NCBI GenBank assembly: GCA_900019385.1
Contig: FIZJ01000007.1
Location: forward strand, 2,796-66,795
Direction: 5' to 3'
Length of the DNA: 64,000 nucleotides
Source: an uncultured Clostridia bacterium
Lineage (GTDB): Bacteria > Bacillota > Limnochordia > Darwinibacteriales > DTU012
Position numbers and translations under genes: made by a program. Positions 26,909-35,704 of this stretch are shown here, one piece after another. The notes below the pieces were generated by a model, which was given only the letters and a program-made list of their open reading frames with translations, was not told the origin of the DNA and made no database searches. Each line of letters opens with the position of its first letter. The first letter of the stretch is position 1.

Positions 26909-27799
26909 ATGAAATTGTGCCGGGGTATCACAGCGGCGGTTGTGACTCCGTTCACCAAGAGTGAAGCAGTAAACTACAAGGAACTTCGCAGGCATGTACA
27001 GAGGATTATTGAGGCAGGGGTGCACGGGATCTTCTGCCTGGGGACGAACGGCGAGTTCTACGCCTTAAGCGAAAGAGAGAAATACCGCGTGGTGGAGACA
27101 GTGGTGGACGAAGTTAGCGGAAAGGTCCCGGTCTATGCCGGCTCGGGGGAGATCGCCACCCGGACCGTAATCAGGTTGACCAAGCGGTTCAAAAAGCTGG
27201 GTGCTGACGCTGTTTCCATTGTAACACCCTATTTTATCCACCCCACCCAGCACGAGCTGTACCATCACTACGGAAGAATCGCCGTGGAAACAGAGTTCCC
27301 TATCATTCTCTATAACATTCCCATGCGGACCAATGTCAAGTTGGAGCCGGAAACAGTGGCCAGATTGGCCGCTGGGTTTGAGAACATTATCGGAATCAAG
27401 GACTCGAGCGGCGATCTCAAGCTCACCCAGGCGTATATCGAGCAGACACCGGAACGCTTCGCTGTTATGGGAGGCAACGACGGTTTGATCCTCGATACAC
27501 TGCTTTTGGGCGGGACGGGAGCGATCGCCGCCACCGCCAACGTGATTCCGGAAATCCTGGTCAACATTTACCAGGCTTTTATGGAAGGGGATCTGGACAA
27601 AGCCAGGATGTGGCAGGACAGGGTGGCGCCGCTTAGGAAAGACTTCGCCCTGGGAACGTCCCCAGGGGTGATCAAAGTCCAGGCGAACCAGCGCGGATAT
27701 CCCGTAGGCCCCAGCCGGATGCCGATATTGTACGATGATCCGGAAGTGGTGGCCTTGATTGGAGAGAATTTGCGCCAGAATTACGGATTGGCAGACTGA
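26909..27799 (+). CDS. DapA/N-acetylneuraminate-lyase (DHDPS) family class I aldolase
   Basis: AAVVTPF, GTNGE and YNIP motifs. About 297 aa. Translationally coupled to PdxA2. Confidence 0.75.
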   Translation: MKLCRGITAAVVTPFTKSEAVNYKELRRHVQRIIEAGVHGIFCLGTNGEFYALSEREKYRVVETVVDEVSGKVPVYAGSGEIATRTVIRLTKRFKKLGADAVSIVTPYFIHPTQHELYHHYGRIAVETEFPIILYNIPMRTNVKLEPETVARLAAGFENIIGIKDSSGDLKLTQAYIEQTPERFAVMGGNDGLILDTLLLGGTGAIAATANVIPEILVNIYQAFMEGDLDKARMWQDRVAPLRKDFALGTSPGVIKVQANQRGYPVGPSRMPILYDDPEVVALIGENLRQNYGLAD

Positions 27800-27818
27800 T
27801 GGAAGGGTGGAAACGACA

Positions 27819-29801
27819 ATGAAGTTCAGATTAATGGGCTGGACCGTGCTTGTGGGCATGCTGCTGTTGGCGGCGCAGGGTTTTTGCGCGGCCGCGCTGG
27901 AACAAACGGGGCTTGAGCACTTGGCCGACAGTCCGCTGGGATTCGCCATAGTCGACAGCCTGGGCCAGAATGGTGTCACAGGCGGCGGCCGCGGCAAAGC
28001 TGTTGTGGTAACGGATTTCGCTGAGCTTCGCAAGTATGCCGCGAGCCCAGAGCCGCTGACAATCTTCATCAAAGGAACGATCTCCGGGCAGAGTGATCTG
28101 CAGGTCGCATCGAACAAGACACTCATCGGGATGGGGGCGGACGCCACAATAAAGGGCGCGGGTATCAAGGCGGACAACGCTTACAATATCATTATCCGCA
28201 ATTTGACGATCACAGAGGTGAGCCGTTCTTCCGACGCTATTGCGCTCCGCGGCTGCCACCACGTCTGGATCGACCACTGTGAACTGACCGGCGCCTCCGA
28301 CGGGCTTCTGGATTTCACCATTGGTTCAGACTACCTGACCGTTTCCTGGACAATCTTCCGCAACCATGACAAAGTCTCGCTCTTGAACTCTGGCACAAAC
28401 CACCCGGAGGACTACGGCAAGAACAAGGGCACATTCTACGGCAACTGGTTCGACAACACCGTCCAGCGCAACCCGAGAATCGGGTACGGCCTGGGACATA
28501 TTTTCAACAACTACTACAGCAACATCACAAGTTATGCTATCGGCACTCATACCCGAGCCAGGGTTTTGGCGGAGAACAACTATTTTCTCAATGTGAACAA
28601 CCCCTTCAGCCAGATGTACAGCGGAAATGACTGGGATGCCAACTACGGCGATATCGAGAGCAGAGGCAACATCTTCGACAAATCGCGGGGGAACACAACC
28701 GGAACCGGCCGGTCTTTTGATCCCGGCTTTTATTACGAATACGCTTTTGCCTTGTCTGAGGCGGCGGCGGTGCCGGGACTAATTATGGAAAAAGCCGGCC
28801 CTGGTGAGGAATACGGCCACCTGATTATTCCGGTGCCGGGCAACGGCGCTGTGGATGTCGCTGAAGGAGACTTGGAGCTGGCCTGGTTCGACACCAGGGA
28901 GGTTGAGGCCTGGCAGGTGTATCTAGGCACAGACGCGGGCTTGGATTATCTGGGCACTGTGACCGAACCGAGCTTCCAACTCAGCAATCTTCAGCCTGAT
29001 ACAGTCTACTTTTGGCGGGTGGACGCAGTGACTGCCCAAGGGACGATTACAGGATCGGTATGGCGGTTTAAGACTGTCCCGGCTCGGGCATCAAAGCCGC
29101 TGCCACAGGACGGCAGTATTGCTGCGCCTTTCGACCAGCTGAACGCCACGACAGTGAAGCCGGTGGAATTGAGCTGGGTACCGGGGTTGAACGCTGTGGC
29201 CCACGATGTTTATTTGGGCACAGGGGAGCAGCTGGGATCCGGGGATTACCTGGGCCGGGCGGTCAAGAATGTCTATGCGCCTGGGCGCCTTCAGCTTGGG
29301 ACGACTTATTTCTGGCGTGTGGACAGTGTCCTGCCAGACGGTTCAATCGTAGAAGGCGAGGTTTGGTGCTTTGCCCTGCCGATCGCTTATGCCAAGGCCG
29401 GCAGGCTTGAGGCGGAAGACATGGTGGTGGGCGGGCGCTATTTCCGCGAATTCCACTCCCGGGGCGGAGCCCTTGATGTGTCCAATCAATGGGTGATGAA
29501 GATCGAAGCGGGCGCAGGCAGCCTCAGTGCCGTCTGGAGTGATCCGGACACGGTCTGCGACATCAGCATCGCCTATCTGGACCAAAGCACCGGTGTGGGC
29601 ACGATTGCCTTGTACGTCAATGACACCTTGATAGATCGGTTTCTCGCCAACCAAAACACCGATCGGATCATGGTGCGGACCATCCCCAGCGTGCGCCTGC
29701 GCACCGGCGATGAAGTTCGGATTGAGGCGAACAGCCAGTCCAAGATGCTCACCCGCATCGATTACCTGGAATTCAAGCCCGCCGCCAAGCAGGGCGATTA
29801 G
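27819..29801 (+). CDS. Secreted pectate lyase PL1 with three FN3-like repeats and a C-terminal CBM (CBM35/6-like)
   Basis: Signal peptide present. vWIDH motif (HHVWIDHCELT) and RxPRxR-type motif (QRNPRIGYG). Repeated …YFWRVD…VWRFKT units. The C-terminal beta-sandwich starts with LEAED. Confidence 0.8.
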   Translation: MKFRLMGWTVLVGMLLLAAQGFCAAALEQTGLEHLADSPLGFAIVDSLGQNGVTGGGRGKAVVVTDFAELRKYAASPEPLTIFIKGTISGQSDLQVASNKTLIGMGADATIKGAGIKADNAYNIIIRNLTITEVSRSSDAIALRGCHHVWIDHCELTGASDGLLDFTIGSDYLTVSWTIFRNHDKVSLLNSGTNHPEDYGKNKGTFYGNWFDNTVQRNPRIGYGLGHIFNNYYSNITSYAIGTHTRARVLAENNYFLNVNNPFSQMYSGNDWDANYGDIESRGNIFDKSRGNTTGTGRSFDPGFYYEYAFALSEAAAVPGLIMEKAGPGEEYGHLIIPVPGNGAVDVAEGDLELAWFDTREVEAWQVYLGTDAGLDYLGTVTEPSFQLSNLQPDTVYFWRVDAVTAQGTITGSVWRFKTVPARASKPLPQDGSIAAPFDQLNATTVKPVELSWVPGLNAVAHDVYLGTGEQLGSGDYLGRAVKNVYAPGRLQLGTTYFWRVDSVLPDGSIVEGEVWCFALPIAYAKAGRLEAEDMVVGGRYFREFHSRGGALDVSNQWVMKIEAGAGSLSAVWSDPDTVCDISIAYLDQSTGVGTIALYVNDTLIDRFLANQNTDRIMVRTIPSVRLRTGDEVRIEANSQSKMLTRIDYLEFKPAAKQGD

Positions 29802-29826
29802 CCTGACAAGCTGAAGGAGGGGTAGC

Positions 29827-32103
29827 GTGAGATTGAGCAACAAATTCGTCCATGATCTGCTCGATTTTGATCTGCCCGAGACGGCGGAGGATGTTTTTTG
29901 GCTGGCGGGTAAGGCTTCGCGGGTTTGGGAACAGGATGGGGCGGTGATCATCGAGATTCCCTTTCAGGCCCAAACCCGGCCGAAACTGATGGCTGACAAG
30001 ACTGTGGCGCAGAAGCACTATCAGATGGTGGTGCGGGCTTACGGCAGCCAAATCGTGCGCTGCTCCATCGCTTTCGGCGGCAGACTGCCCCGTGATGAGG
30101 AGAATCCCATGATCGAATGGGATCCAACCTTGGCCCAGAACACGTTGAAGGCGCAAAAAACAGCAGAAGGCTGGGATATAACCGACAGCGGCGGCATTGT
30201 GCGGATGCGGATCATCACCGCGCCCAAACCTGTCAAGCACTGGAGTTCGCTGCTGCCGCCGCCGCAGGATTTCTTTGAGGCCAGCGTCTTACCGGACGGC
30301 GCTGCCGAAGTACCGTTCATGGCCTATGACACCTTTTCTCCGGGCCATATCGACTCTGCCTGCCTGGGGTATGTTGAGCGCGGTGGGCAGGCGCACCGGA
30401 GTGTGTTTTCCCTTCATGCCAAACCGGGCGAAAAATTCGCCGGCACAGGTGAAAGGTTCTTGGGCATGAACTTGGCGGGCACCACCTTGAACCTGGAGAA
30501 CGAAGACGCTGCCGGAGCCAACAGCCCCAGAGCATACAAAAACATCCCTTTCTATGTGTCCAGCCGCGGTTACGGGCTGCTGATCATGACTTCAAGCCAT
30601 GTGCGCCTGTCGCTGGCGGACATTTCCACCAGGGCTGCCCAAGGGTTGGTGGAAGGAGATTGTCTTGACTTGTTTTTCATCGGCGGCCGCTGTCTTGTGG
30701 AAATTGTCCGCAATTACCAGCGGATCACCGGTTTTCCCCGCCAAGTGCCGCTTTGGTCCTATGGGGTGTGGATGAGCCGGATGACGTATTTTTCCGCCGA
30801 TGAGACCTTGGAAGTTGTCCAAAGGCTGCGGGAGGGCCGCTTCCCTTGTGATGTGATCCACCTGGACACAGGCTGGTTCCGGAAAGACTGGCAGTGCGAC
30901 TGGCAGTTCAACGAGGAAAGATTTCCCGATCCCAAGGGTTACATGGATCAAATGCGGAGACTCGGGATCAGGATCTCACTTTGGCAAACACCAAATGTGG
31001 CCAAAAAGACAGATCTCTATGCCGAGGCCTGCGAAAAAGGCTATCTGCCCCGCAAGCGCGCGGCTTCGGGGGATGCGTCCAGCTTTGGCGATGTGGAGTA
31101 CGGCGGCCGGATCGACTACACCAACCCTGAAGCGGTGCGCTGGTACCAAGGGCTGTTGAAGCGGCTCTTTGATCTCGGGGCCGAGGTGATCAAAACGGAT
31201 TTTGGCGAGAAGATCGATGACAACGCCGTCTTTTACAACAACATGAGTTATGGGCAGCTTCATAACCTGTACGCCCTTTTGTACCAAAAAGCGGCTTTCG
31301 AGATTACCGAACAGGTTAAAGGCAAAGGCCGGGCAGTGATCTGGGCCCGGGCCGGATGGACTGGGTGCCAGCGGTACCCGGTGCACTGGAGCGGCGACTG
31401 CGCCGCCACCTGGGATGGATTGGCCGGGACCGTCAGGGCAGGCCTGCATGCCGGGTTGTCCGGGTTTGCTTTCTGGAGCCATGATGTGGGTGGTTTTCAC
31501 GGGCTTCCGGACTTTATGAACAGCTGGCCCGAGGATGAGCTTTATGTGCGCTGGACGCAGGTGGGCGCGTTTTCTTCCCATATGCGCTACCACGGCACTT
31601 CACCCCGGGAACCGTACGAGTATCCCATGGTGGCGGGCATTGTCCGGGAATGGCTTAAACTGCGCTATGCCTTGATCCCATATTTGTATGAACAGGGTTG
31701 TGAAGCGGTGGAAAGCGGTTATCCCATTTTCCGGGCGCTGATTTTCCACCATCAGCGTGATCCGTTCTGCTGGCACATCGATGATCAGTTCTACTGCGGC
31801 AGGAGCCTGTTGATTGCCCCAGTGCTGGACAAGGGGGGAATCCGGGATGTCTATCTTCCCGAGGGGCAGTGGACCGATTTCTGGACCGGCGATACCATTG
31901 AAGGGCCGGTACTGCTCAAGGGAGTCCGTTCTGAACTGGCGCGGATTCCAGTCTACGCGGTGACGGGCTCCGAGATTCCGGTTTATCCGGAGTTTGTGCA
32001 GCATACGGGAGAAATGGACTTGGGCAAAGTGGAGAAGCTTAAATTTGATCGATCCTACAAAGGTTTTAAAGCGTCTGTTTTGGGCAGGTTTATCAATCTA
32101 TAA
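29827..32103 (+). CDS. GH31 alpha-xylosidase (YicI-like)
   Basis: KTDFGE catalytic-nucleophile motif, HLDTGW and WSHDVGGF. 758 aa. No signal peptide. Confidence 0.85.
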   Translation: MRLSNKFVHDLLDFDLPETAEDVFWLAGKASRVWEQDGAVIIEIPFQAQTRPKLMADKTVAQKHYQMVVRAYGSQIVRCSIAFGGRLPRDEENPMIEWDPTLAQNTLKAQKTAEGWDITDSGGIVRMRIITAPKPVKHWSSLLPPPQDFFEASVLPDGAAEVPFMAYDTFSPGHIDSACLGYVERGGQAHRSVFSLHAKPGEKFAGTGERFLGMNLAGTTLNLENEDAAGANSPRAYKNIPFYVSSRGYGLLIMTSSHVRLSLADISTRAAQGLVEGDCLDLFFIGGRCLVEIVRNYQRITGFPRQVPLWSYGVWMSRMTYFSADETLEVVQRLREGRFPCDVIHLDTGWFRKDWQCDWQFNEERFPDPKGYMDQMRRLGIRISLWQTPNVAKKTDLYAEACEKGYLPRKRAASGDASSFGDVEYGGRIDYTNPEAVRWYQGLLKRLFDLGAEVIKTDFGEKIDDNAVFYNNMSYGQLHNLYALLYQKAAFEITEQVKGKGRAVIWARAGWTGCQRYPVHWSGDCAATWDGLAGTVRAGLHAGLSGFAFWSHDVGGFHGLPDFMNSWPEDELYVRWTQVGAFSSHMRYHGTSPREPYEYPMVAGIVREWLKLRYALIPYLYEQGCEAVESGYPIFRALIFHHQRDPFCWHIDDQFYCGRSLLIAPVLDKGGIRDVYLPEGQWTDFWTGDTIEGPVLLKGVRSELARIPVYAVTGSEIPVYPEFVQHTGEMDLGKVEKLKFDRSYKGFKASVLGRFINL

Positions 32104-32133
32104 TAAACAGCGGTAGAGGAAAGGAGCCGGGCC

Positions 32134-33216
32134 ATGAACACAATCCGCGAAGTAAACGTCTATTCCGCCACATCCCTGCTTTCACGGCCGATCGCCGACG
32201 CCACCCATGAGATTTCCGAAATCAAGTTCTATATTATGGAGGTCATCACCAACCGCGGAGTTGTCGGGCAGGGATACCTGCTGGCCTTCAACTACTCGCC
32301 TGGGGGTATTGAAGGAGCCCTGCGGGATATCAAAGAATTCGCGGAAGGCGGCCGGTACGATGTGAGCCAGACAGTAAGGCTCAAACAGGATTATGAGCGG
32401 GAAGCGGAATACTTTGGGAATTCCGGGCTGCAGCGCTGGGCAGCGGCGGTGCTCAATGTCGCCATGTGGGACGCTTGGGGCAAGACACTGGGCCAGCCAG
32501 TCTGGAAGCTGTTAGGCTCCGGCCCGGATAAAGTGCCGGTTTACGGCAGCGGCGGCTGGCTGTCGTACAGCGACGAAGAGCTGCTGGCGGAAGTGAAGGA
32601 CTATAAGAAGCGGGGGTTTACAGCCGTCAAGATCAAAGTTGGTTCCAAAGACATCGAACGGGACGTCGAGCGGCTGAAAAAATGCCGGGAAGCCTTGGGA
32701 GAAAGTGTCAAAATCATGATCGACGCCAACCAAGGCCTTGATGTGCCGACCGCGTTGAGACTGGCGGAAGCGGCCAAAACCATCGGTATACACTGGTTTG
32801 AGGAACCGATTGTCAACACCGACTATGCCGGGTATGAGCTGCTGCGGCACAAATGCGGCATTGCCATGGCCATGGGCGAACGGGAATACAGCACCGAGGC
32901 ATTGAAACACTTAATCAGCCGCAACGCGCTGGATTTGTGGCAGCCGGATCTGATCCGGCTGGGCGGGGTTGAGGAATGGCGCAGCTCGGCTGCGGTGGCC
33001 CAGGCGTACAATATCCCGGTACTGCCCCATTACTATACCGATTATGATGTGCCTTTGCTGTGCACCATCCCCAACGGCCGCGGAGCTGAATACTTCGCCT
33101 GGGTTGAGGATTTGATCGACAGCAAAATGGTGATCGAGAACGGCTTCGCCTATCCCCGCCAGGGCGCCGGGTGGGGCTTCCAGTTCCTGCCCCAGTATTT
33201 GCGAGAAGTGAAGTAG
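32134..33216 (+). CDS. Enolase-superfamily protein (mandelate racemase/acid-sugar dehydratase subgroup, for example L-fuconate or galactonate dehydratase-like)
   Basis: 360-aa ORF. KIKVG, a run of Asp/Glu metal ligands and …MIDANQG… are typical of MR-subgroup dehydratases. Confidence 0.72.
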   Translation: MNTIREVNVYSATSLLSRPIADATHEISEIKFYIMEVITNRGVVGQGYLLAFNYSPGGIEGALRDIKEFAEGGRYDVSQTVRLKQDYEREAEYFGNSGLQRWAAAVLNVAMWDAWGKTLGQPVWKLLGSGPDKVPVYGSGGWLSYSDEELLAEVKDYKKRGFTAVKIKVGSKDIERDVERLKKCREALGESVKIMIDANQGLDVPTALRLAEAAKTIGIHWFEEPIVNTDYAGYELLRHKCGIAMAMGEREYSTEALKHLISRNALDLWQPDLIRLGGVEEWRSSAAVAQAYNIPVLPHYYTDYDVPLLCTIPNGRGAEYFAWVEDLIDSKMVIENGFAYPRQGAGWGFQFLPQYLREVK

Positions 33217-33224
33217 GAGGCTGC

Positions 33225-33971
33225 ATGATGGTGGAGTTATTGGCTGGGCGGACAGGAATTGTCACCGGAGCATCGAGCGGTATTGGTTTTACCATCGCCA
33301 ATATGCTGGCGGAGGCAGGGGCTGTGGTCTACGGTGTCAGCCGCAGCGGCAGGCCCAAAGGGGACAGAGTGTATCATCGGCGGGTGTTCGGCGTCCAGGG
33401 TGATGTCACCGACTATGCCGCCATGGCAGAGATCGTGCGGGATATCGGTGCAAGTCGGGGCATTGATTTTCTGGTGAACAACGCCGGCATCACCGTCCGG
33501 CAGAGAGCGGAGCTGTTCAGTGACGCTGATTTCGACCGCATCCACCGAGTGAATGTCTACGCCGTTTTCAAGCTTTCCTGCCTGTGCTATCCATATCTGA
33601 AGGCGTCCAAGTTCGTGGGAAGAGTTGTCAACATTGCCTCCATGGCCGCTCACCAGGGATTTAGCGAGGTCGTCCCCTACTGTTCCAGCAAAGCCGCTGT
33701 GCTCGGACTCACCAGAGGCCTGGCTGTGGAGTGGCGCGGCGACAACGTATTGGTCAACTCTGTTTCCCCGGGCTGGTTTCCGTCGGAGCTGACCAAAGGT
33801 GTGATGGATCCGGAACGGAAAGAAAAAATCATCAATAAAATACCGCTCCGCCGTTTTGGCGATCCCGAGGCTGTGGGGGCCATGGTCCGCTTTCTGCTTT
33901 CAGATGACGCGCTGTACATTACCGGCCAGGACTTCGCGGTGGACGGCGGCGCTCTGGCCTTCGGCTTTTAG
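33225..33971 (+). CDS. Short-chain dehydrogenase/reductase (SDR) family oxidoreductase
   Basis: TGASSGIG cofactor motif, NNAG and YxxxK (YCSSK). Confidence 0.8.
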   Translation: MMVELLAGRTGIVTGASSGIGFTIANMLAEAGAVVYGVSRSGRPKGDRVYHRRVFGVQGDVTDYAAMAEIVRDIGASRGIDFLVNNAGITVRQRAELFSDADFDRIHRVNVYAVFKLSCLCYPYLKASKFVGRVVNIASMAAHQGFSEVVPYCSSKAAVLGLTRGLAVEWRGDNVLVNSVSPGWFPSELTKGVMDPERKEKIINKIPLRRFGDPEAVGAMVRFLLSDDALYITGQDFAVDGGALAFGF

Positions 33972-34017
33972 AAGTGTAAAATCCGGCGTCAGGATATTAA
34001 CAAATGGGAAAATACGC

Positions 34018-34046
34018 TTGATCTTTTTTAGGCATGCCGATATAAT
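34018..34046 (+). promoter_or_regulatory. Strong sigma-A promoter of the GH29 gene
   Basis: TTGATC, 17 nt, TATAAT. The perfect palindrome GTTTTGCAAAAC lies downstream at 34067-34078. A copy of the TTTACTAAA motif lies at 34088-34102. Confidence 0.5.
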
Positions 34047-34115
34047 TTACTTTAGAAGCAAAGCTTGTTTTGCAAAACGCCAGGTTAAAATTTACTAAAA
34101 TCTCAACAAGTTTAG

Positions 34116-35480
34116 GTGAGGGGATCTGGAGGGTGGAGATTGAGCGAAGGCAAAATCCGGGAAATGACGGGTGATGAGCTGAAGTCGATGCTGAAGAGCA
34201 ACATCCAGTTGAAGAGCCTGGGAGGTGTGAAACATCCCGGTTTGAGGCTGGAGGAGGAAGACCTTGCCTGGTGGCGGGCGGCCAAGTTCGGGATGTTCAT
34301 TCATTGGGGGCTCTATTCAATCCTGGGCCGGGGAGAATGGGTCATGCACAATGAGAAAATCCCAGCCGAGGAATACCGGAAACTAGCGGACGAGTTCAAC
34401 CCCAAAGCCTTTGATGCCGACCGCTGGGCTCAGATTGCCAAGGACGCAGGCATGCGCTATATGGTCATGGTAGCCCGGCATCACGACGGTTTCGCCCTTT
34501 GGGACAGCCCCGGCAGCTATCAAGAGTTTACCAGTGTGAAGACAGCCGCCAAACGCGACTTTGTCAAGGAATACGTCGAGGCGTGCCGCCGGGCAGGCCT
34601 GCGGGTCGGTTTGTACTACTCCCTCATGGACTGGCGTTTCCCAGGATACTTCAAGCCCAAGGAACTTCTGGACAGCGCCTTGTTAATGAAAAAACAGTGT
34701 TATGACCAAGTCCGGGAGCTGATGAGCCAGTACGGCAAGATCGACATTCTTTGGTACGACGGAGCTTGGCTTGCCCATCAGGGACACGATCCTGACGCCG
34801 CCTGGCTGTGGGAGCCGGTGCAGCTGAATCAGATGGCGCGGGAATACAACCCGAAACTGCTGATCAACCCCCGTTCCGGGTGGGAAGGGGATTTTTACTG
34901 CGACGAAGGGTCCCATCCCATAAAAGGCAGCATCATTCCCGTACCTTGGGAAAAATGCCTCTGCATCGGAAGCGGTCGGTCCTGGGGCTGGATCCCCGAG
35001 GATCCGGTGATGGAATTCGACGACGCCATCCGCATGTTTGTCAATGTGTGGGCGCGGGACGGCAATGTCCTGCTGAATGTTGGGCCTGACAAAGACGGTG
35101 TGATTCCTGAGGAAGCGGTCGCCAGGCTCCAGGAGATCGGAGCTTGGATGCGGGCGAACGGAGAAAGCATTTACGGCACCCGCGGCGGCCCGTTCCAGCC
35201 TGTGGACGATGTGTACGGCAGTACATACAAAGACAGCACGATTTATATACATATTCTCGATTGGGAACGTTTCAGCGGTTTGCGTCTGCCTCCGCTTGAG
35301 GGCAGGGTGGTGGGGTGCCGGACGATCGGCGGTGAAGCGCTTGAGTTTGAGCAAAACGACGGCGGCATCGCTGTTTCTGTCCCGGAAGCCTTGGCGGAGC
35401 CCCCAGATACCATCGTGGCCCTGGAACTTGACAGGCCAGTACCGAAGCTGCCTCAGGACAGAATTTCATTCACAGGATGA
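34116..35480 (+). CDS. GH29 alpha-L-fucosidase
   Basis: FGMFIHWGLYS hallmark motif. Start is either GTG at 34116 or TTG at 34140; the latter is better spaced from the GGAGGGTGGAG ribosome-binding site. Confidence 0.85.
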   Translation: MRGSGGWRLSEGKIREMTGDELKSMLKSNIQLKSLGGVKHPGLRLEEEDLAWWRAAKFGMFIHWGLYSILGRGEWVMHNEKIPAEEYRKLADEFNPKAFDADRWAQIAKDAGMRYMVMVARHHDGFALWDSPGSYQEFTSVKTAAKRDFVKEYVEACRRAGLRVGLYYSLMDWRFPGYFKPKELLDSALLMKKQCYDQVRELMSQYGKIDILWYDGAWLAHQGHDPDAAWLWEPVQLNQMAREYNPKLLINPRSGWEGDFYCDEGSHPIKGSIIPVPWEKCLCIGSGRSWGWIPEDPVMEFDDAIRMFVNVWARDGNVLLNVGPDKDGVIPEEAVARLQEIGAWMRANGESIYGTRGGPFQPVDDVYGSTYKDSTIYIHILDWERFSGLRLPPLEGRVVGCRTIGGEALEFEQNDGGIAVSVPEALAEPPDTIVALELDRPVPKLPQDRISFTG

Positions 35481-35514
35481 CAGATTCTCCCACCCGGCAG
35501 GACACGGTGTTTGG

Positions 35515-35543
35515 TTGACAGCTGTTGATAAATAGAGTAAAAT
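35515..35543 (+). promoter_or_regulatory. Sigma-A promoter upstream of substrate-binding protein gene 1
   Basis: TTGACA, 17 nt, TAAAAT. The extended core TAGAGTAAAATGTAAACA is shared with the promoter at 37103-37131. Confidence 0.45.
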
Positions 35544-35704
35544 GTAAACACCTCGCAAGAATTGATAAGAAAATATTAGGTAAACGTTAAGTACGATACA
35601 TATTTTGCCAGGCAGGGGGGTGGAAGGGCGGCATAGACCAAACCCCGAGCAGCACGTAGTTTTGGTGGCGCGTGTCAGTAAAATCATGGAGAGGTGAGCG
35701 AGCA

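Noticed and set aside
28850-29400. Repeated …YFWRVD…VWRFKT… units that could suggest a tandem DNA repeat or CRISPR-like array.
   Set aside because: These are in-frame protein-level FN3-like domain repeats inside the PL1 gene. They have divergent nucleotide sequence and no spacer/repeat periodicity. No CRISPR array exists anywhere in the window.
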